64,000 nucleotides of DNA. It comes from Candidatus Micrarchaeota archaeon. GTDB lineage: Archaea > Micrarchaeota > Micrarchaeia > Micrarchaeales > Micrarchaeaceae. Below the pieces are notes generated by a model. It saw only the letters and a program-made list of their open reading frames with translations, did not search any database and was not told where the DNA came from. The translations under genes and the position numbers were made by a program. This document shows positions 33,877 to 42,807 of the stretch, piece after piece. The first letter of the stretch is position 1. Each line of letters begins with the position of its first letter. Where the stretch lies: contig JAJZYW010000001.1 in NCBI GenBank assembly GCA_021797895.1, forward strand, positions 25,506 through 89,505, read 5' to 3'.

Positions 33877-34935
33877 GTGGCAAAGCGCTCAAACAAAAAA
33901 AAGCAGGTTTCGATATGGTACACCATAACGCATGCCAAAAGCATGAGCGAGGCAGAGTATAAGAAACTTGTCAACAGAGTGATGGGCTTCGTTGCGGTAT
34001 CGCTGGTGTTCAGCATCATAGTTTTCGGAATCATTGCTTGGCTCGGCGGGGCTAATAGAGTAGCTGCGATAATAGCGTCGGCGAACTTGTGGCTTTTCGG
34101 CCTGGCGTTCGTGTTCGTGTTCTTCGGATATATACTCAGGTTCATAAAATGGAGCTATTATCTTAGGACATTGAAGATCTACGTACCTCTGAGAAAAAGT
34201 TTCATGGTGTATATGTCACTTTACTCGATGAACATAACACCCGGGAAGATTGGCAGGGTATTGGCAGCATACACCCTTAACAGGCTGACAAACGTCAAAT
34301 TCACGAACATAATACCGATAGTCACGCTTGACATATTCACCGATTTCCTTGGTGTGGCAATAATAGCGATAATATCGGCGATTTACTTCAACAAGCTCAT
34401 CTTATATGTCCTGATAGTGGACATTGTGCTGGTGCTACCGTTTGCCTTCCTCCTCAATGACTGGTTCTTCAAGTTTCTTAGGAAGCTTTTGAAGAAAAGC
34501 AGGTTCCTAGAAATGTTCTCCCTTTATGGAGATGAGTATTTCGCATCGCAAAGCAAGCTGAACAATTACAAAGTATATGGCGTTTCAGTGGCGCTCTCTG
34601 TTCCTGCTGCTGTGTTCAATGCATTTGCACTCCTATTTTCAATACTTGCGCTGGGTGGTGCGCTCCATATTGCCGGGAGCGTATTCATATTCTCGACCTC
34701 TCAGATATTTGGCATGGTTTCCACACTGCCTGGGAACATAGGGGTCACTGACGGCGCTCTCGTAGCTCTTATTGGAAGTTCGTTCGGGCTTGGGGCTGCT
34801 TACAGCTCTGCAGCAACGATAATGACAAGGATAGCTTCGCTGTGGTTTGGAGTGATAGTAGGCATGCTGTTCCTATTCTATACATTCAGATACTGGAAAA
34901 AGAAACCGCAAAAAATAAGATTAAAAAGGAAATGA
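33877..34935 (+). CDS. UPF0104 / flippase-like (LPG_synthase_TM-type) integral membrane protein
   Basis: 352 aa with about 8 hydrophobic helices and a PGKIGRV motif. This family is commonly found next to glycosyltransferases. Confidence 0.55.
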   Translation: MAKRSNKKKQVSIWYTITHAKSMSEAEYKKLVNRVMGFVAVSLVFSIIVFGIIAWLGGANRVAAIIASANLWLFGLAFVFVFFGYILRFIKWSYYLRTLKIYVPLRKSFMVYMSLYSMNITPGKIGRVLAAYTLNRLTNVKFTNIIPIVTLDIFTDFLGVAIIAIISAIYFNKLILYVLIVDIVLVLPFAFLLNDWFFKFLRKLLKKSRFLEMFSLYGDEYFASQSKLNNYKVYGVSVALSVPAAVFNAFALLFSILALGGALHIAGSVFIFSTSQIFGMVSTLPGNIGVTDGALVALIGSSFGLGAAYSSAATIMTRIASLWFGVIVGMLFLFYTFRYWKKKPQKIRLKRK

Positions 34936-35307
34936 TCACACTTCCATGTCTGAGTCGTCGCTTTCTTCAGAATAATCTGAGCTTTCCTCTATGGGCATCT
35001 CTGAAGAGCCCTCGCCCTTCTCGACAACCTTTATCTTCCCATATTTTCCAGTTGAGAGCTGCGGAGTGCCCCTGAATTCATTGACGTAGCCATTCGCTAT
35101 CTCTATCGTGTCGCCGATGTCAACAGTGTTTATGTCATTGCCCCACAGCGACATCTGTATGCTCCCGGTATCATCCTGCAGCTTTATGTTTGCGACGCTC
35201 AGCCTTTTGCCGTATTTCGTGACCACTTCCCTTGGATCATCCTTGCTTACCACTTTAGCCTGTATCGTTACGTTTGTAGCGCCAGCCTTCAATTCACTTA
35301 TTTTCAT
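34936..35307 (-). CDS. Single OB-fold ssDNA-binding protein (SSB/RPA-like) with acidic C-terminal tail
   Basis: ATNVTIQAKVVSKDDPREVVTKYGKRLSVANIKLQDDTGSIQMSLWGNDINTVDIGDTIEIANGYVNEFRGTPQLS is an OB-fold anticodon-binding/RPA-type pattern. The tail is EESSDYSEESDDSDMEV. Confidence 0.7.
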   Translation of the reverse strand: MKISELKAGATNVTIQAKVVSKDDPREVVTKYGKRLSVANIKLQDDTGSIQMSLWGNDINTVDIGDTIEIANGYVNEFRGTPQLSTGKYGKIKVVEKGEGSSEMPIEESSDYSEESDDSDMEV

Positions 35308-35441
35308 TCATACACCTTCAAAGAATGCAGATAATAGTTTAAATCGGGAAAAACTATAAATCTCTTTGCATTGCAGCGCCGTTTATCGACATCGCGATTA
35401 TTCTGCGCAACGTATTAAGGTTTTGGTAACTAAATACATGC

Positions 35442-36236
35442 ATGGAAGAAGGAAAAACTCAGCCTAGTGGGAACGTGCACCCTTCATTTTCGCTTGTTAT
35501 CCAGCACAAGGAAGCCATAAGGAAATCGCTCGCAGGAGTAAAAAAGAAGATAGGCGTGTATAGCGCTAAGGGAGGGGTGGGAAAAACCACCACGGCAGTA
35601 AATCTCGCGTATGCGCTTGCAGCCAAGGGACTGAAGGTTGGCTTGCTTGACGCAGACATAGACTGCCCTAACCTGCCGATGTTCATAGGTACGACAGAAA
35701 AGATGGGGGCGGCAGAGCTGCCGCTGAAACCGGTTGTAAAGGACGGCATAAAGGTGGCGTCGACAGCTATGCTGGTTGATGACAGAAAAGCCCCAATAAT
35801 ATGGAGAGGGCCCATAATAGTGAAGATGCTGTACGATTTCTTCGAAAATACCGAGTGGGGGGAGCTGGATTATCTTATAATCGACCTGCCCCCGGGCACG
35901 TCTGATGCACCGCTAACCATAATGCAGGTGCTTGGCCTGGACGGATTTGTTGTTGTAACTACAGGGCAGCGGATAGCTGCAGTGAACTCGATAAAATCCG
36001 GCCTGATGGCCAAGATGCTTAGTGTTCCTGTGCTTGGAGTGGTAGGCAATATGGTCCAGATGCCTAATGCAAATGTTGAGATGGTTGCAAAGGAATTGAG
36101 CACTGAGGTAATGGGAACGATACCTTATGATGGAAGGCTTGCGGATTATGCAGATGCAGGAGAAGTTCCGGTCAGGAACGAGAAGGATATTGCTGCGCTT
36201 TATGCTTCAATCGCCGAAAAACTTTCGGCGCTCTAA
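35442..36236 (+). CDS. Mrp/NBP35/MinD-family P-loop ATPase (no CxxC motif seen)
   Basis: Deviant Walker A VYSAKGGVGKTTTAVNLA and Walker B-like IIDLPPGTSD. The region where ApbC/Nbp35 carry CxxC reads GNMVQMPNANVEM. Confidence 0.75.
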   Translation: MEEGKTQPSGNVHPSFSLVIQHKEAIRKSLAGVKKKIGVYSAKGGVGKTTTAVNLAYALAAKGLKVGLLDADIDCPNLPMFIGTTEKMGAAELPLKPVVKDGIKVASTAMLVDDRKAPIIWRGPIIVKMLYDFFENTEWGELDYLIIDLPPGTSDAPLTIMQVLGLDGFVVVTTGQRIAAVNSIKSGLMAKMLSVPVLGVVGNMVQMPNANVEMVAKELSTEVMGTIPYDGRLADYADAGEVPVRNEKDIAALYASIAEKLSAL

Positions 36237-36332
36237 GGAAAGATATTTATACCTTTATAGCCATAAATAAGTGTATAAGCATATATATATGGAATGTGCA
36301 TATACTCTCAGTTCTCATGCTTAGGTGATAAA

Positions 36333-37982
36333 ATGGCAGAAAATCAATTAGGACCACAGTATCTTGTGCTCCCGGAAGGGTCCACAAGGCTTCTTGGAAG
36401 AGACGCGCAAAGGACGAACATAGCAGTAGGCATCGCAGTGGCGAACGCAGTAAAGACGACACTAGGCCCGAAAGGGATGGATAAGATGATGGTGAGCGAC
36501 CTCGGCGACATAGTCATAACCAACGACGGAGCTACGATATTGGAGGAGATGAATGTTGAGCATCCGGTCGCAAAGATCATGGTCGACATCGCGAAGACGC
36601 AGGACAGGGAGGTCGGCGACGGAACTACAACAGTTGTTGTGATGGCAGGCGAGCTGCTGAAGGGAGCTGGCGAGCTGCTTGAGCAGGGCGTGCATCCGAC
36701 CACGGTGATAAAGGGTTACAAGATTGCTGCGCAGAAGGCAGAGGAGATACTAAAGAAGAGTGCAAAGGAGGTCAACATATCTGACGAGGCACTGCTCCAG
36801 AAGATAGCAAGCGTTTCGATGGGATCGAAGAACGTTGGAGACGAAGCAGTAAAGGCGTACCTGTCAAAGCTCGTTATAAAAGCGGTAAAGCAGGTAGTGG
36901 ACAAGAACTCCGCTGGGAAGCTTGTAGTTGACAAAGACTACATAAAGATAGAAAAGAAGACAGGCGGAACGATAGCAGACACGCAGCTCATAAGCGGAGT
37001 GCTGGTAGACAAGGAGATTGCCCATCCAGGAATGCCGAAGAGCACGAAGAACGCGAAGATAGCGCTGCTCGACGTTGCGCTCGAGATAGAGAAAACAGAG
37101 ACAGATGCAAAGATAGAGATAACCTCTCCAGAGCAGATGCAGGCGTTCCTGCAGCAGGAGGAGCACATGCTCAAGGAGATGGTAGAGAAGATAAAGAAGA
37201 GCAAGGCCAACTTTGTCGTGACGCAGAAGGGCATCGACGATGTCGCGCAGCATTACCTTTCCAAGGCAGGAATAGCCGCGATAAGGAGGGTAAAGAAGAG
37301 TGACATCGAAAAGATAGCGAAGGCGACAGGGGCGAAGATAGTAACAAGCCTTGACGACCTTGAGGAGCAGGATCTCGGATTTGCAGGACTGGCTGAAGAG
37401 CGCAAGGTTGCAGGGGAACAGATGGTCTTCATAGAAAACTGCAAGAACCCGAAGAGCGTCACTCTATTCATAAGGGGAGGCACGCAGCAGGTTGCCGACG
37501 AGGTCGAGAGGTCGCTTGTCGATGTGATAGGCGCGATAACGAGCGTTGTGGAAGATGGCAAGTATGTCTCCGGTGGCGGCAGCATAGAGACCGAGATAGC
37601 CAACGAGATAAGGAATTACTCGAACAGCGTTGGCGGCAGGGAGCAGCTTGCGATACAGAAATTCGCCGATGCACTTGAGATAATACCGAAGACGCTGGCG
37701 GAAAGCGCAGGCATGGACGCAATAGACACGCTAGTGCAGCTCAGGAACAAGCATAGGACGAAGGACGGCATGTCGTACGGAATAGACATATACAAGAACA
37801 ACATAAGCGACATGGCGAAACAGGGGATCTTCGAGCCTATGCGTGTGAAGATGCAGGCGATATACAGCGCAAGCGAGGCGGCGGAGATAATCCTGAGGAT
37901 AGACGACATGATAAGCGCAAGGGCAAAGGGAGGCCCGGGAGGAGGAATGGGAGGCATGCCTCCGGGAGGCGAGATGGAGTAA
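36333..37982 (+). CDS. ths: Thermosome subunit (group II chaperonin)
   Basis: [19 protein letters not shown] and a [11 protein letters not shown]-terminal tail. A GGTGAT Shine-Dalgarno-like motif lies 5 nt upstream of ATG 36333. Confidence 0.95.
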   Translation: MAENQLGPQYLVLPEGSTRLLGRDAQRTNIAVGIAVANAVKTTLGPKGMDKMMVSDLGDIVITNDGATILEEMNVEHPVAKIMVDIAKTQDREVGDGTTTVVVMAGELLKGAGELLEQGVHPTTVIKGYKIAAQKAEEILKKSAKEVNISDEALLQKIASVSMGSKNVGDEAVKAYLSKLVIKAVKQVVDKNSAGKLVVDKDYIKIEKKTGGTIADTQLISGVLVDKEIAHPGMPKSTKNAKIALLDVALEIEKTETDAKIEITSPEQMQAFLQQEEHMLKEMVEKIKKSKANFVVTQKGIDDVAQHYLSKAGIAAIRRVKKSDIEKIAKATGAKIVTSLDDLEEQDLGFAGLAEERKVAGEQMVFIENCKNPKSVTLFIRGGTQQVADEVERSLVDVIGAITSVVEDGKYVSGGGSIETEIANEIRNYSNSVGGREQLAIQKFADALEIIPKTLAESAGMDAIDTLVQLRNKHRTKDGMSYGIDIYKNNISDMAKQGIFEPMRVKMQAIYSASEAAEIILRIDDMISARAKGGPGGGMGGMPPGGEME

Positions 37983-38043
37983 TCCATCCCCTCTCCACTT
38001 ATCCTTAGTTAGGTTTTTATTGCTTGAATGCAAGTTTATTCTT

Positions 38044-38610
38044 ATGAAAGGAATAATAGTAACTGGTTCTCCTGGGGCAGGAAAGACTACGCTCCTTGCA
38101 GCTGCAGACCTGAAAGGCTGCAAGCTGGTCAATGTTGGTAACCTTATGAAGGACTTCGCATTGAAAATGGGGTATGTGAAGGACAGGGACGAGATACGGA
38201 AGCTTGATCAGGAGAAGGTAGACAGGCTGAGGGAGGAAGCCTTTGCAGCGATAGGTAGGATGGAGGGCAGGCTGGTCATAGACACCCATGCGACTGTTGA
38301 AAGCGAGGGCAAGTTCCTTACAGGACTGCCGTTCTCGATTATAGGAAGCGCGAAATGGCTTAAGGCGATAGTGTACATAGATGCCGAATCGGACGAGATA
38401 CTGCTCAGGAGGGCGCTTGATACTAACAGGCACAGGGAGAATGACGGGAAGGAAATGCTTGGAGTACAGCGTGACATAAATATAGCCACTCTTTCGTTCT
38501 ATAGCTCATATTTAAATATTTCATTATACATAATTAGGAACAGACAGGGCATGCTTATTGAGAGTTCGAGTGCTTTCAACAAGGTGCTCGGAGAGATATT
38601 CGGGGATTAG
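38044..38610 (+). CDS. adkA: Adenylate kinase, archaeal type
   Basis: P-loop GSPGAGKTT, a size of about 190 aa, and the conserved archaeal adk-DUF106-L34e-cmk-L14e neighbourhood. Confidence 0.8.
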   Translation: MKGIIVTGSPGAGKTTLLAAADLKGCKLVNVGNLMKDFALKMGYVKDRDEIRKLDQEKVDRLREEAFAAIGRMEGRLVIDTHATVESEGKFLTGLPFSIIGSAKWLKAIVYIDAESDEILLRRALDTNRHRENDGKEMLGVQRDINIATLSFYSSYLNISLYIIRNRQGMLIESSSAFNKVLGEIFGD

Positions 38611-39123
38611 ATGGTAGCTGCTGTGCCCATGCCTTTCGGTACTGAACTCATAATAATAGCGATAGCGCTGGCATACACCTCATTTTCTATATTTGCACAG
38701 AGGAAGATATCCGACCCCAAGAAGATGAGGGACGCGCAGGCAAGAATGAAGAAGCACACGGCGATACTGAACGAGATGGTAAAAAGCAAGAGGCCCCAGG
38801 AGGAGATAATGGCAAAGCAGAAGGAGCTTATGCCTATGATGACGGAGAGCATGAAGATACAGATGAAGTCCACGCTCATAATAATACCGATATTCTTCCT
38901 TCTTTACTACGTTCTCATGCCTGCCATGTTCGGCAGCATATCTAAGGAGACAGTCACGTTCATAGTATCGGGACTCAACTACAAGAGCCTGTTTTTCGCT
39001 GTGGTTTTCCTGTCTGGATTGGTGTCCGCAGGGGTCATAATGGCGTATGACAGGAAGAAGACGAAGCTGGAGCAGGCCATGCAGAACAGCGACGAGGTCT
39101 TCTCCAATTATGATAAGGGCTAA
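38611..39123 (+). CDS. DUF106 / EMC3-TMCO1-like membrane protein (archaeal YidC-like insertase family)
   Basis: Three hydrophobic helices are separated by a charged coiled-coil loop (KKMRDAQARMKKH...MAKQKELMPMM). It occupies the conserved position after adk. Confidence 0.7.
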   Translation: MVAAVPMPFGTELIIIAIALAYTSFSIFAQRKISDPKKMRDAQARMKKHTAILNEMVKSKRPQEEIMAKQKELMPMMTESMKIQMKSTLIIIPIFFLLYYVLMPAMFGSISKETVTFIVSGLNYKSLFFAVVFLSGLVSAGVIMAYDRKKTKLEQAMQNSDEVFSNYDKG

Positions 39124-39177
39124 ATAGCTTATCCTATTAATAGATAAACGCAATCGGTGCTTTAATTGACAAAACCA

Positions 39178-39483
39178 ATGCATAGGTCTGGCAGCTCAAA
39201 GTCAGTCAGAAGGATTACCATAAAAGGCAGGAACGTCGTCCACTACAGGCGAGGCAAGAATTCCATGCCGCACTGCGCAATATGCGGCTCCGAACTCAAT
39301 GGAATAAGCCAGAAGGGAGGAAAGAGCAGAAGGACAAATTCAAGGCTGTTTGGAGGAGTACTGTGTGCATCCTGCGCCTCTGCGGTTGTTACGCTTGGCA
39401 GCAGGGTTGAGCAGGGAGACATGAAGCTTGATGATGTTGGCATTAGGCAGCGTAAATACGTGCTGCAATTGGTAGCGCACTGA
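39178..39483 (+). CDS. rpl34e: 50S ribosomal protein L34e
   Basis: MHRSGSSKSVRRITIKGRNVVHYRRGKNSMPHCAICGSELNGI...GGVLCASC matches the L34e pattern. Confidence 0.8.
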   Translation: MHRSGSSKSVRRITIKGRNVVHYRRGKNSMPHCAICGSELNGISQKGGKSRRTNSRLFGGVLCASCASAVVTLGSRVEQGDMKLDDVGIRQRKYVLQLVAH

Positions 39484-39487
39484 TAGG

Positions 39488-40036
39488 ATGATAGGAATCT
39501 GCATAAGCGGTTACACCTCTTCTGGAAAAAGTACGCTGGGAAGCTCCATCGCCTCAAAATTGGGCATAAAGCACATAGGGATGAGCTACAAGTCGGATGT
39601 TGGCAACGACGACACCAGGCTGATAGGCATGCTGGAAAAGCTCATTTCTGATAAGGATGAGGCGCATGCCAGGGAATTCGATAGGAGGGTGGAAGACGAG
39701 GCAAGTGGAAGCAACTTTATCGCCACGACAAGGCTGTCGCCATGGTTGATAAAGAATGCTACGGTAAGGGTATGGCTCGATTGCGGGCTGCAGGAAAGGG
39801 CAAGGAGGCGCGCGGCGCTCTCAGGGAAAAAGGATATAAATTCGGAGATGAAGACTGTTGACAGGATAGACAGACTCACTTCAGAGCATTTCATGAAGGT
39901 TTACGGGATAGACATGAATGACAGGAGGATATTCGACATCGCGATTAATACTGAAAGGATGACGCTGGAGGAGGAAATCGAGCAGGTACTCCTTCTGTCA
40001 ATAGGCAGGGACAAGGATAATGTTTTAGGTGATTAG
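39488..40036 (+). CDS. cmk: Cytidylate kinase, archaeal type
   Basis: P-loop ISGYTSSGKSTLGSSIASKLG, 182 aa, and the conserved position between L34e and L14e. Confidence 0.65.
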   Translation: MIGICISGYTSSGKSTLGSSIASKLGIKHIGMSYKSDVGNDDTRLIGMLEKLISDKDEAHAREFDRRVEDEASGSNFIATTRLSPWLIKNATVRVWLDCGLQERARRRAALSGKKDINSEMKTVDRIDRLTSEHFMKVYGIDMNDRRIFDIAINTERMTLEEEIEQVLLLSIGRDKDNVLGD

Positions 40037-40037
40037 A

Positions 40038-40265
40038 ATGTTACTGGAACCAGGAAGGTTGTGCATAAAGAAGTTGGGCAGGGACGCCGGGAGCAGGGCG
40101 GTAATAACAAAGATTGAAGGAAACGGCTACGTGCAGGTATTGACCGCGACAAGGCACAAGAGGGAGAGGAGGTGCAACACAGCACACCTTGAGCTTCTTG
40201 GTGAGACGGTAGACGTCAAGAACAGCGAAGCTGTTGCAAAGGCTCTTGGAATAAAGTCCCTTTGA
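40038..40265 (+). CDS. rpl14e: 50S ribosomal protein L14e
   Basis: The KOW-like LEPGRLCIKKLGRDAGSRAVITKI...RRCNTAHLELLG matches L14e. ATG 40038 preferred over GTG 40029. Confidence 0.85.
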   Translation: MLLEPGRLCIKKLGRDAGSRAVITKIEGNGYVQVLTATRHKRERRCNTAHLELLGETVDVKNSEAVAKALGIKSL

Positions 40266-40266
40266 C

Positions 40267-41469
40267 TCATTTTTCCTTTTCGAGAAGTTCGAGAACGGCC
40301 TTTATGGCCTCCTCTTTCTTGGACTCAGACAGTATTGAAAAGAGAGTCTGTGGATCTATTTTGCTTGAGTAGCCTTCTGCACTGAGCCTGTCCCGCAGCA
40401 GCGCCATGCCTATCTCCTTTATTGACATGTTGCCGAGCTTGCCTGCGCGTATCTGGTCTATGCTCTCGCCGAGGCCCTCGCTTTCCAGCCTTGACATGTC
40501 TATTTCTATTTCAGCCCTTCCGGAGAATTCTGAAACCAGTTTCTGGAGCGCTATGTCTGAGGCTTCAGAACCCTTCTCAAGCGTGCCGCTCACAACTACG
40601 CGCACGACAGGATTGTTATGTGCGTCGACAGCTTTTTCTATTGAGCTTCTTATTGATGAGGCTACATCCGAGGCGGTTGCGCCTTCCGCCTTTACTGTTT
40701 CAAGCACGAAATCCCTGGAATCTATCTCTACAAATTCGTGGGTATGCGATTCTGTATCAAAAACTATGAACCCCTTCCTTTCCTGTTCCTTATCCTTGAG
40801 CTGTGTCAGAACCGTGCTTCCGGGTATCAGGAATGGCTTGCCGTGGACTGTAGCTTCAATGCGGTTGTGTATGTGGCCGCACACATAAAGGTCAAAGCCA
40901 TCGGGCAGGTCGTCATAGTGTATGAATGAGTCGTTAAACGGAAGGATCTCGTATATTGATTGATGGAACATGAATATGTTGAACGCACCAGGCACCGGTG
41001 ATGGCTTCAGCCGCAACAACTCGCTCTTGACCTGCTCCTCTGGTACGCCCCCAAGACCGAATACTGCAACTCTCTCATCGCCTTTCCTTATGATAGTGGT
41101 TGATTCGCTTGTATCCGCCAGCAAGCCTGCAAGCGAAAGAAGCGCTAGCGGGTTCTCCTTTCCGGCTGCGGTCCTTTCATGGGTCCCTGGCACCGCGATT
41201 ATCGGAAACTTTGTGTATATGCTGCCCTGTCCACGGAATTCGGCGATCTCTGACCCAAGCGTGTTTGAATCCCTCAAATCCCTGAAAAGGTTTATTGCCT
41301 CTGCTATTACATCAGGCTTTGGAGCGCGCTTGTCGAATATATCCCCCGGAACCAGTATTGCGTCAGCAATTCCTATCGCCTTCTCCAGCGCCATTTTGGC
41401 CTGGCGCAGAGCGTCCTGGCGAAACCGTTCGTATCCTATGTGAAGATCAGACACTATTGCGATTTTCAT
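40267..41469 (-). CDS. mre11: Mre11/SbcD-family DNA repair nuclease (metallophosphoesterase)
   Basis: Motifs in order: IVSDLHIG, VPGDIFD, VPGTHE (Thr where Asn is usual), MFHQS and CGHIHN. 400 aa. No Rad50-like gene is adjacent. Confidence 0.65.
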   Translation of the reverse strand: MKIAIVSDLHIGYERFRQDALRQAKMALEKAIGIADAILVPGDIFDKRAPKPDVIAEAINLFRDLRDSNTLGSEIAEFRGQGSIYTKFPIIAVPGTHERTAAGKENPLALLSLAGLLADTSESTTIIRKGDERVAVFGLGGVPEEQVKSELLRLKPSPVPGAFNIFMFHQSIYEILPFNDSFIHYDDLPDGFDLYVCGHIHNRIEATVHGKPFLIPGSTVLTQLKDKEQERKGFIVFDTESHTHEFVEIDSRDFVLETVKAEGATASDVASSIRSSIEKAVDAHNNPVVRVVVSGTLEKGSEASDIALQKLVSEFSGRAEIEIDMSRLESEGLGESIDQIRAGKLGNMSIKEIGMALLRDRLSAEGYSSKIDPQTLFSILSESKKEEAIKAVLELLEKEK

Positions 41470-42453
41470 CTACGGACCACCCACCAGCTTAAGGATCTCG
41501 TTTAAGAATGATTCCTCGAATATTGACCATGCTTCTTCCTTCTTGCCAAACGCGCCTGCGGCACATGGATGACCGCCGCCTGTGCCACCTATCAGATAAG
41601 CGAGCTTTTGCGATATCCTGCCTAGGTGTATCCCGTATTTCGAATCCAACGTGGGCCTCAATCTTGCCGAAAATGATACCTCTGAATCGTTAAACGAATG
41701 GAAAAGAGCAAGATCAACGCCGCACTTTATGGCGTTGTCTGCCGCAAGGTTGGAGTGCGAATGTGCCTTTCCGCGCACAACAAGGAGATTGCTGTAGACT
41801 TCAGCGTGCGACTCCTGTATATCAACGAATGTGGCGTGCCGACCATTGACATCACCAACGGGGGATATGCGCGTCAGCATGTCCATGTAGCCAGTTCCAG
41901 CAATCTTGAGCAGCTCCCCCAGCTGTATAAAAGTATCCGGCATTGAATTTTTGAATTCTGCCGAGTCGGATATTATCCCGGCAGCAAGAAGAGATGCTAG
42001 ATTTGAGTCGATATGGGAATCAAGTTTTTTTAGGATTGCGTATACTATACTCGCAGCAGAATTGTAATTTTCATCATTATAGCCGCGTATCGGGGAGTGG
42101 TTCGGAGCATGGTGGTCTATCGCAATGACTTTATCGCCATAGCTTTTGAGGATATCGGAGAACGGTCCGCAATCCTCATAGTTGTTCACGTCAACCATTA
42201 CCACAGCATCAATGTCCTGCCCGATGCTTGTGGATATGGACGAAGGGTCGTAACCGAACAGCTCCAAAATCCTTCTTGAATTGGAGGTTATGTAATCGGG
42301 AGTAGCTATCCTCGCATTTCCAAGAATAGAAGCTATGCCGAACGCAGACGACACCGAATCCGTATCGCCAACAGAATGGAAAGTTATGCACACTTTCTTG
42401 GATGCCAAGGCCTTGAGTTCCGATACAATTTCGTCGAAGCTCATCTTTATCAT
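41470..42453 (-). CDS. DHH/DHHA1-family phosphoesterase (NrnA/RecJ-like)
   Basis: HSVGDTDSVSS (DxD), AIDHHAPN (DHH) and GGTGGGHPCAAGA (GGGH) motifs. 327 aa. Confidence 0.8.
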   Translation of the reverse strand: MIKMSFDEIVSELKALASKKVCITFHSVGDTDSVSSAFGIASILGNARIATPDYITSNSRRILELFGYDPSSISTSIGQDIDAVVMVDVNNYEDCGPFSDILKSYGDKVIAIDHHAPNHSPIRGYNDENYNSAASIVYAILKKLDSHIDSNLASLLAAGIISDSAEFKNSMPDTFIQLGELLKIAGTGYMDMLTRISPVGDVNGRHATFVDIQESHAEVYSNLLVVRGKAHSHSNLAADNAIKCGVDLALFHSFNDSEVSFSARLRPTLDSKYGIHLGRISQKLAYLIGGTGGGHPCAAGAFGKKEEAWSIFEESFLNEILKLVGGP

Positions 42454-42798
42454 TTATGCACCGCTGTTTGGTTCCAGCACCTTTCTCAGTTCTTCACGCA
42501 CTTTCTGCTCCTGCGACGAAGCTTCACCATACTGCTTGTTGACTATGGTAAGGCGCATCTCAATGGACTCGAGTTTCTCCTCTATATCCTTAAGCGCATC
42601 ATCCTTCTTAGTCTCGACTATAGCGCCCCCAACCTGGTAGTATATTTTGCCTTCGGCAGATTTAACCCTCTTTTGCGCTTCAGAAAGCTCGCTTTTCTGC
42701 TGCTGGAACTGGGCCTTCTGCAAAGCAAGCGATTGGAGCTTCTCCTGTGCTGATTGATAATCCTTTGTCAATTTCTCCACTTTATTTTCCTCCATCAA
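42454..42798 (-). CDS. pfdB: Prefoldin beta subunit
   Basis: 114-aa protein with two coiled-coil segments flanking a central hairpin (IYYQVGGAIVETKKDDA), as in prefoldin beta. Confidence 0.8.
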   Translation of the reverse strand: MMEENKVEKLTKDYQSAQEKLQSLALQKAQFQQQKSELSEAQKRVKSAEGKIYYQVGGAIVETKKDDALKDIEEKLESIEMRLTIVNKQYGEASSQEQKVREELRKVLEPNSGA

Positions 42799-42807
42799 AT
42801 CACTTAA

